Assembly: GCA_963718525.1 (NCBI GenBank)
Contig: OY970355.1
Location: 2,016,001 to 2,080,000 of the forward strand
DNA: 64,000 nt
Reading direction: 5' to 3'
Origin: Candidatus Dormiibacterota bacterium
Lineage (GTDB): Bacteria; Chloroflexota; Dormibacteria; Aeolococcales; Aeolococcaceae
Numbering within the stretch: the first letter of the stretch is position 1; each line of letters starts with the position of its first letter. Position numbers and translations under genes: made by a program. The notes beneath the pieces are model-generated. The model worked only from the letters and a program-made list of their open reading frames with translations. It did not search any database and was not told the DNA's origin. Below are positions 60,017-64,000 of this stretch, piece by piece.

Positions 60017-61322
60017 CGCCTGCTGCTGCCTCGACAAACGCCGCGGGATCTGCGTCGAACGACGACTGACAGCCGCTGGAACAGAACACGTAGTCGGTAC
60101 CTTGGTAGACGGAGCGGTGCTTGGTGGATTCGGGATCGACGCTCATGCCACACACGGGATCCTTCGTCGTTGACTGCTGATCGGGTGGCATTTCCATCTC
60201 TCGAAGCATCGCCACCCCGCCCGTGCGCAGGAATCGCACGCCGAGTCCGGTGATCAGCACCAGAAACGCGATGTTCAGACACGTGTCGTAGTTCCAGCTG
60301 ATCGTGGTGTCGAAGATGAAGATGTTGCGGTTGGTGGGCACGACTCCCGCGACGTTGAACACGAGTCCAACAATCAGGCCGGCGAGCGCCATGGTGGCGT
60401 AGGAAACGACGAAGAGGTAGACGGTGACACTGGCGCCGTAGTACTTGCGGTAGATGTTGAGGATCGGAAGGATGATGAGATCGGCGAAGATGAAGGCGAT
60501 CACGCCGCCGAAGCTGATTCCCCCTCGCCACAGCACCGCGGCCAGGGGGACGTTGCCCACCGAGCACACGAAGCTGATCACCGCGATGAGCGGACCGATG
60601 AACGCTCCCCAAATCTCAGTCAGTCCGCCGTGCCCGGTGAGGAAGAGCGCCGACCAGACGGAGTTGGGAATCCAGGCACCGAGCGCACCGGCGATCAGAA
60701 AACCGAGCAGCAGATCCGTCCACAGACTGACGATATTCATGAAGAAGTAGTGACTGATGGAGGTAAAGGCGCGTGCCGAGAACAGGCGGCGCGCGAACGA
60801 GCCGCCCGTCACGGACATGTCCATCGCCCCGTGTCCCTCCATCCTGCCAAGCAGGCCGCGATCCGCTTGCGTGCGCGCTTGCTCGACGAGGCTTCCCCGC
60901 AAGGTGAATCGGAAGATGACGGCGATCAGGACAATCATTACGAGCCCGCCGCTGAACTCCGCCACGACGAACTGCCATCCGAGAAGGATCAGCAGGACGA
61001 GCCCAAGCTCGAAGACCAGATTGGTCGAGGCGAACTCGAAGATGACCGCATTGCCGAGAGTTGAGCCCTTGCGAAACAAGGTCCGAGCGACCGCCACCGC
61101 CGCATATGAACACGACGACGATGCCGCGCCGAATCCGGTTGCCAGAGCCACAGACCTGGGCGTGTCCCGCCCGAGAAGACGAGAGACTACCTGTTTGGAA
61201 ACGAGGGTCTCCACAATGGCCGAGAGCAGGAAACCAAGGGCGAGCGGCCAGAGCACCTGCCAGAACATCGTGAACGAGAGGCGCAGTGCTGACCCGATGT
61301 GTTCAAGCACGAACACGACCAC
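59946..61322 (-). CDS. DUF318/ArsP-type permease with C-terminal YHS domain
   Basis: ASSSCSY, FVCSVGNVP and KDPVCGM...FCSSGC. Confidence 0.9.
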   Translation of the reverse strand: MVVFVLEHIGSALRLSFTMFWQVLWPLALGFLLSAIVETLVSKQVVSRLLGRDTPRSVALATGFGAASSSCSYAAVAVARTLFRKGSTLGNAVIFEFASTNLVFELGLVLLILLGWQFVVAEFSGGLVMIVLIAVIFRFTLRGSLVEQARTQADRGLLGRMEGHGAMDMSVTGGSFARRLFSARAFTSISHYFFMNIVSLWTDLLLGFLIAGALGAWIPNSVWSALFLTGHGGLTEIWGAFIGPLIAVISFVCSVGNVPLAAVLWRGGISFGGVIAFIFADLIILPILNIYRKYYGASVTVYLFVVSYATMALAGLIVGLVFNVAGVVPTNRNIFIFDTTISWNYDTCLNIAFLVLITGLGVRFLRTGGVAMLREMEMPPDQQSTTKDPVCGMSVDPESTKHRSVYQGTDYVFCSSGCQSSFDADPAAFVEAAAGVSPRSRVDGSRSSDVQVRRPGGG

Positions 61323-61324
61323 GA

Positions 61325-61600
61325 TCAGCCCTCGACGAAACGGCCGATCGCCTCGCTGAGCTCGTGAAGCTTGTCCGCGCCATCGCCTTGCCTCACCGCA
61401 TCTGCGACGCAATGCTCGACGTGGTCGTCAAGGAGGAGCAGCGCGACGCGATCAAGCGCTGCCTTGATCGACTTCACCTGGGTGAGGATGTCGATGCAGT
61501 AGCGTTCGTCGTCCACCATCCGCTGGAGCCCCCGGGCTTGCCCTTCGATGCGAAGGAGTCGCCTCTGTATATCGTCCTTGTGCGCGATGTAACCTGCCAT
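61325..61600 (-). CDS. csoR: CsoR/RcnR family metal-sensing repressor
   Basis: RLLRIEGQARG, YCIDILTQ and HVEHCV. Confidence 0.9.
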   Translation of the reverse strand: MAGYIAHKDDIQRRLLRIEGQARGLQRMVDDERYCIDILTQVKSIKAALDRVALLLLDDHVEHCVADAVRQGDGADKLHELSEAIGRFVEG

Positions 61601-61609
61601 GAGAGAGAA

Positions 61610-61630
61610 GGATACCCCTAGCGGGTATCC
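61610..61630. promoter_or_regulatory. CsoR operator
   Basis: GGATACCC-CTAGC-GGGTATCC palindrome just upstream of csoR. Confidence 0.85.
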
Positions 61631-61674
61631 GTATGTCAGCTAGGGAACCGCGGGCAGGGAGGCGGGGTGGCTGC

Positions 61675-61914
61675 TCATCTGGTCTGCACACCGCGGACGC
61701 TGCCCTTGGTGCGCTTGGACCGCTGGACGCTGACCCGAAGGATGACGATGACAACGAGCGGGATGACCAACCACGTCGGGAACCGCACCTTGTTGAGCAG
61801 GAACGTCGATACGAGGCCGATGGCAACCGCCGCGGCCACCGTCCAATCGTCTCCGATGATGAACCGATACCAGAATCTGCCAAAGGCGACCAGCCACGAC
61901 ACGACCCGCATCAT
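61675..61914 (-). CDS. Small membrane protein
   Basis: FGRFWYRFIIGDDW plus two TM segments; overlaps the upstream stop. Confidence 0.8.
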   Translation of the reverse strand: MMRVVSWLVAFGRFWYRFIIGDDWTVAAAVAIGLVSTFLLNKVRFPTWLVIPLVVIVILRVSVQRSKRTKGSVRGVQTR

Positions 61915-62657
61915 CGCGCCACCTTGTTCAGATTCAGGGTTGCTCTGCCGCGGCGCGCGCCACGGCGCTCGACGGCGATGTTGATCGCGGCGGTGACCGC
62001 GTAGAGGGCCAGCAGAACGAGGATGGCCGCGTCACCTCCAGGCCAACTCACCCCGAGACCCTCGGTCGCCCAGAACGAGCCGAAGGTGGTGAGGAGGAGG
62101 CCAACGACGAGTTGCAGGAAGCTGCGCGGAATTCGTGCCACGAGACTTGAGAGGATCGCCCCGACCGCGCCAACCACGAGGAGCGCGGCGGCACCACCGA
62201 CGACGGAGACTCCCAGCTGCCCGGCGGTAGCCCCAACCGAGACGACGATGAACGCGACCTCCAGTCCCTCGAGCAACACGCCCTTGAAGGACAGGACGAA
62301 TGCGGTCCAGTCGACACCCGTTCCTGTCCACACCTCGGCGTCCTGATTCGCGTCGACGTGCATGCCTGCGAATCCACGCGCCGCTACCCGGACGACGCCT
62401 TTGCGAAGCCACTGCAACCCGAAGACCAGCAGCAGCGCGCCGATGATGAGCCTGAGCGGAGCGATCGGAATCGCGCTGAGTGCCAGGCCGAAGACTGCGA
62501 CGATCACCACCAGCACAGCGAATCCGGCCGACGCCCCCAACAACGTGGAGCGCCAGCCACGGGTCGCCCCGACCCCGACCACGATCGTGACCATCTCGAT
62601 CGCCTCGACCGCCGATGCCAGGAAGGCAGTGATCAGAACGGGCACGAATCCGGTCAT
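61911..62657 (-). CDS. COG4280-type membrane protein (putative metal transporter)
   Basis: Two ExxE TM motifs (VEAIEM and LEGLEV) and FGLQWLRK. Confidence 0.8.
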   Translation of the reverse strand: MTGFVPVLITAFLASAVEAIEMVTIVVGVGATRGWRSTLLGASAGFAVLVVIVAVFGLALSAIPIAPLRLIIGALLLVFGLQWLRKGVVRVAARGFAGMHVDANQDAEVWTGTGVDWTAFVLSFKGVLLEGLEVAFIVVSVGATAGQLGVSVVGGAAALLVVGAVGAILSSLVARIPRSFLQLVVGLLLTTFGSFWATEGLGVSWPGGDAAILVLLALYAVTAAINIAVERRGARRGRATLNLNKVAR

Positions 62658-63721
62658 GCCGGCATCCGCGCTCCGTGCCATGCACCTGGACCGGTGATAA
62701 CCGCAGGTTCGACCAGCCCTGACCCGGCGCCGACCGTGTTGAGCGCCCGGACGATCTCTCCGAGATCCTCCGCCGACAACCGGAGCCTTGCGGCGTCGAT
62801 CCAGCCATCGACCTGCGCCGCGTCGCGAGCGCCAACGATGGCACCCGTCACCCCCGGCCACGCCAGCGTCCAGGCCACCGCCACCGCCGACACGGAGGTG
62901 CCATTGCGATACGCCACCGGCCGCAGCGCGTCGCGGAGGGCGAGGTTGCGGGACAACCTCGGCTCCAGGAACTCCGCAGAGCGGCGACGCCAGTCGTTGT
63001 CCGCCATCGCCGCAACGCGGTTCACCGAGAAGGTGTCAGTGAGGATGCCTGACTGCATCGGGCTATACACGATAACTCCAGTGCCGTGCGCGGCCGCCCA
63101 GGGGATGACGTCAGCTCCGGAGGCGCGGCGGATCAACGAGAAAGGAGGCTGCACCGAATCCACGTGGCGCACCGCCTCGGCGCGCTCCAGGAGCGCGACG
63201 TCAAAGTTCGAGACGCCGGCGGCACGGACCTTCCCCTCGTCGACGAGCTGCGCCATCTCGCCCCAGGACTCTTCGATCGGCGTGCCGGTCTCGTCGGGCC
63301 AGTGAAACTGATACAGGTCAATTCGCTCGACGCCGAGGCGATGGAGCGACGCCTCGACCTCACGTCGAATGGACGCAGGCTTGAGGTTGCGCTGGGGCTC
63401 CTCGAACGGCCTGGCGAGATCGCGAATCATGCCGCCCTTGGTGAAGACGAACGGTCGCTCCGCTGCCGGGATCTCCCGAAGGGCGCGGCCAACGACCTCC
63501 TCGGAATGACCAAGACCGTAGATCGCTGCGGTGTCGATCCAATTCACGCCGCGATCGACCGCGTGGAGGATGGCTGCGACCGAATCCGCATCGTCCTGGG
63601 GTCCCCAGCCATACGCCCAACGTCCGCCGCCGATCGCCCACGCCCCGAAGCCGACGGTGGTGAGTACGAGATCGGTCGATCCGAACCGCCGAGTGGTGAG
63701 TGTCTGATTTGCTGTTGGCAT
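62654..63721 (-). CDS. Aldo/keto reductase
   Basis: GFGAWAIGG, WIDTAAIYG, DLYQFHWP, GVSNF and YSPMQSG. Confidence 0.94.
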   Translation of the reverse strand: MPTANQTLTTRRFGSTDLVLTTVGFGAWAIGGGRWAYGWGPQDDADSVAAILHAVDRGVNWIDTAAIYGLGHSEEVVGRALREIPAAERPFVFTKGGMIRDLARPFEEPQRNLKPASIRREVEASLHRLGVERIDLYQFHWPDETGTPIEESWGEMAQLVDEGKVRAAGVSNFDVALLERAEAVRHVDSVQPPFSLIRRASGADVIPWAAAHGTGVIVYSPMQSGILTDTFSVNRVAAMADNDWRRRSAEFLEPRLSRNLALRDALRPVAYRNGTSVSAVAVAWTLAWPGVTGAIVGARDAAQVDGWIDAARLRLSAEDLGEIVRALNTVGAGSGLVEPAVITGPGAWHGARMPA

Positions 63722-63748
63722 GGCACCTGCTCCATGAACGTAAGTACT

Positions 63749-63801
63749 TCGATATGAAGATACTTGACGGCGTACTATGCTGTCAAGTATCTTCATATCG
63801 A
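63749..63801. promoter_or_regulatory. 20-bp perfect inverted repeat containing MarR (UrtR-like) operators
   Basis: TCGATATGAAGATACTTGAC (63749-63768) and GTCAAGTATCTTCATATCGA (63782-63801). Confidence 0.8.
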
Positions 63802-63815
63802 GATATAATCTGCAT

Positions 63816-64000
63816 ATGCAAGAGGATGCCATCGATCGGATCGTGCACCAGTGGAATCGCGAGCGGCCCCTCCTTGACGTGTCCGTGACTCACGTCCTGC
63901 AACGCATCTCGCGGCTGTACCTGCTCCAGTCGGCGACCTTCGCGGAAGTCTTCGATCGCTACGACATCAGCTTCGGCGAATTCGAGGTGCTGGCCGCGCT
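63816..64000 (+). CDS. MarR family regulator, UrtR/TamR-like (runs off window)
   Basis: MQEDAIDRIVHQWNRERPLLD...GEFEVLAAL; TATAAT 6 nt before the ATG. Confidence 0.85.
   Translation, partial: MQEDAIDRIVHQWNRERPLLDVSVTHVLQRISRLYLLQSATFAEVFDRYDISFGEFEVLAA

Overview
High-GC bacterial window in two parts. 1-37.9 kb is core genome. It holds a LysW/alpha-aminoadipate lysine operon on the minus strand, with an unlisted lysW and a Lys-Lys leader-peptide attenuator. It also holds a divergent his operon, cysI-cysH-cysG behind a small Cys-containing leader ORF, an Sdh1-type succinate dehydrogenase, mdh and nth. Further on are a CBS / CBS-flavin-FeS oxidoreductase / tadA operon and two tRNA-Ser genes. 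From tRNA-Ser(GGA) onward (about 37.9-64 kb) the DNA looks like a decayed accessory region, with IS110, IS481, IS3-like and integrase remnants and several frameshifted genes. This region carries Tad-like pilins behind perfect CRP boxes, an intact SipW plus two TasA/CalY-like substrate operon beside a diguanylate cyclase, a CsoR-permease-YHS module, and a MarR-controlled aldo-keto reductase operon. Gene content suggests a Chloroflexota or Ca. Dormibacterota-like soil organism (inference only). All calls come from motif recognition by eye; no database search was run.
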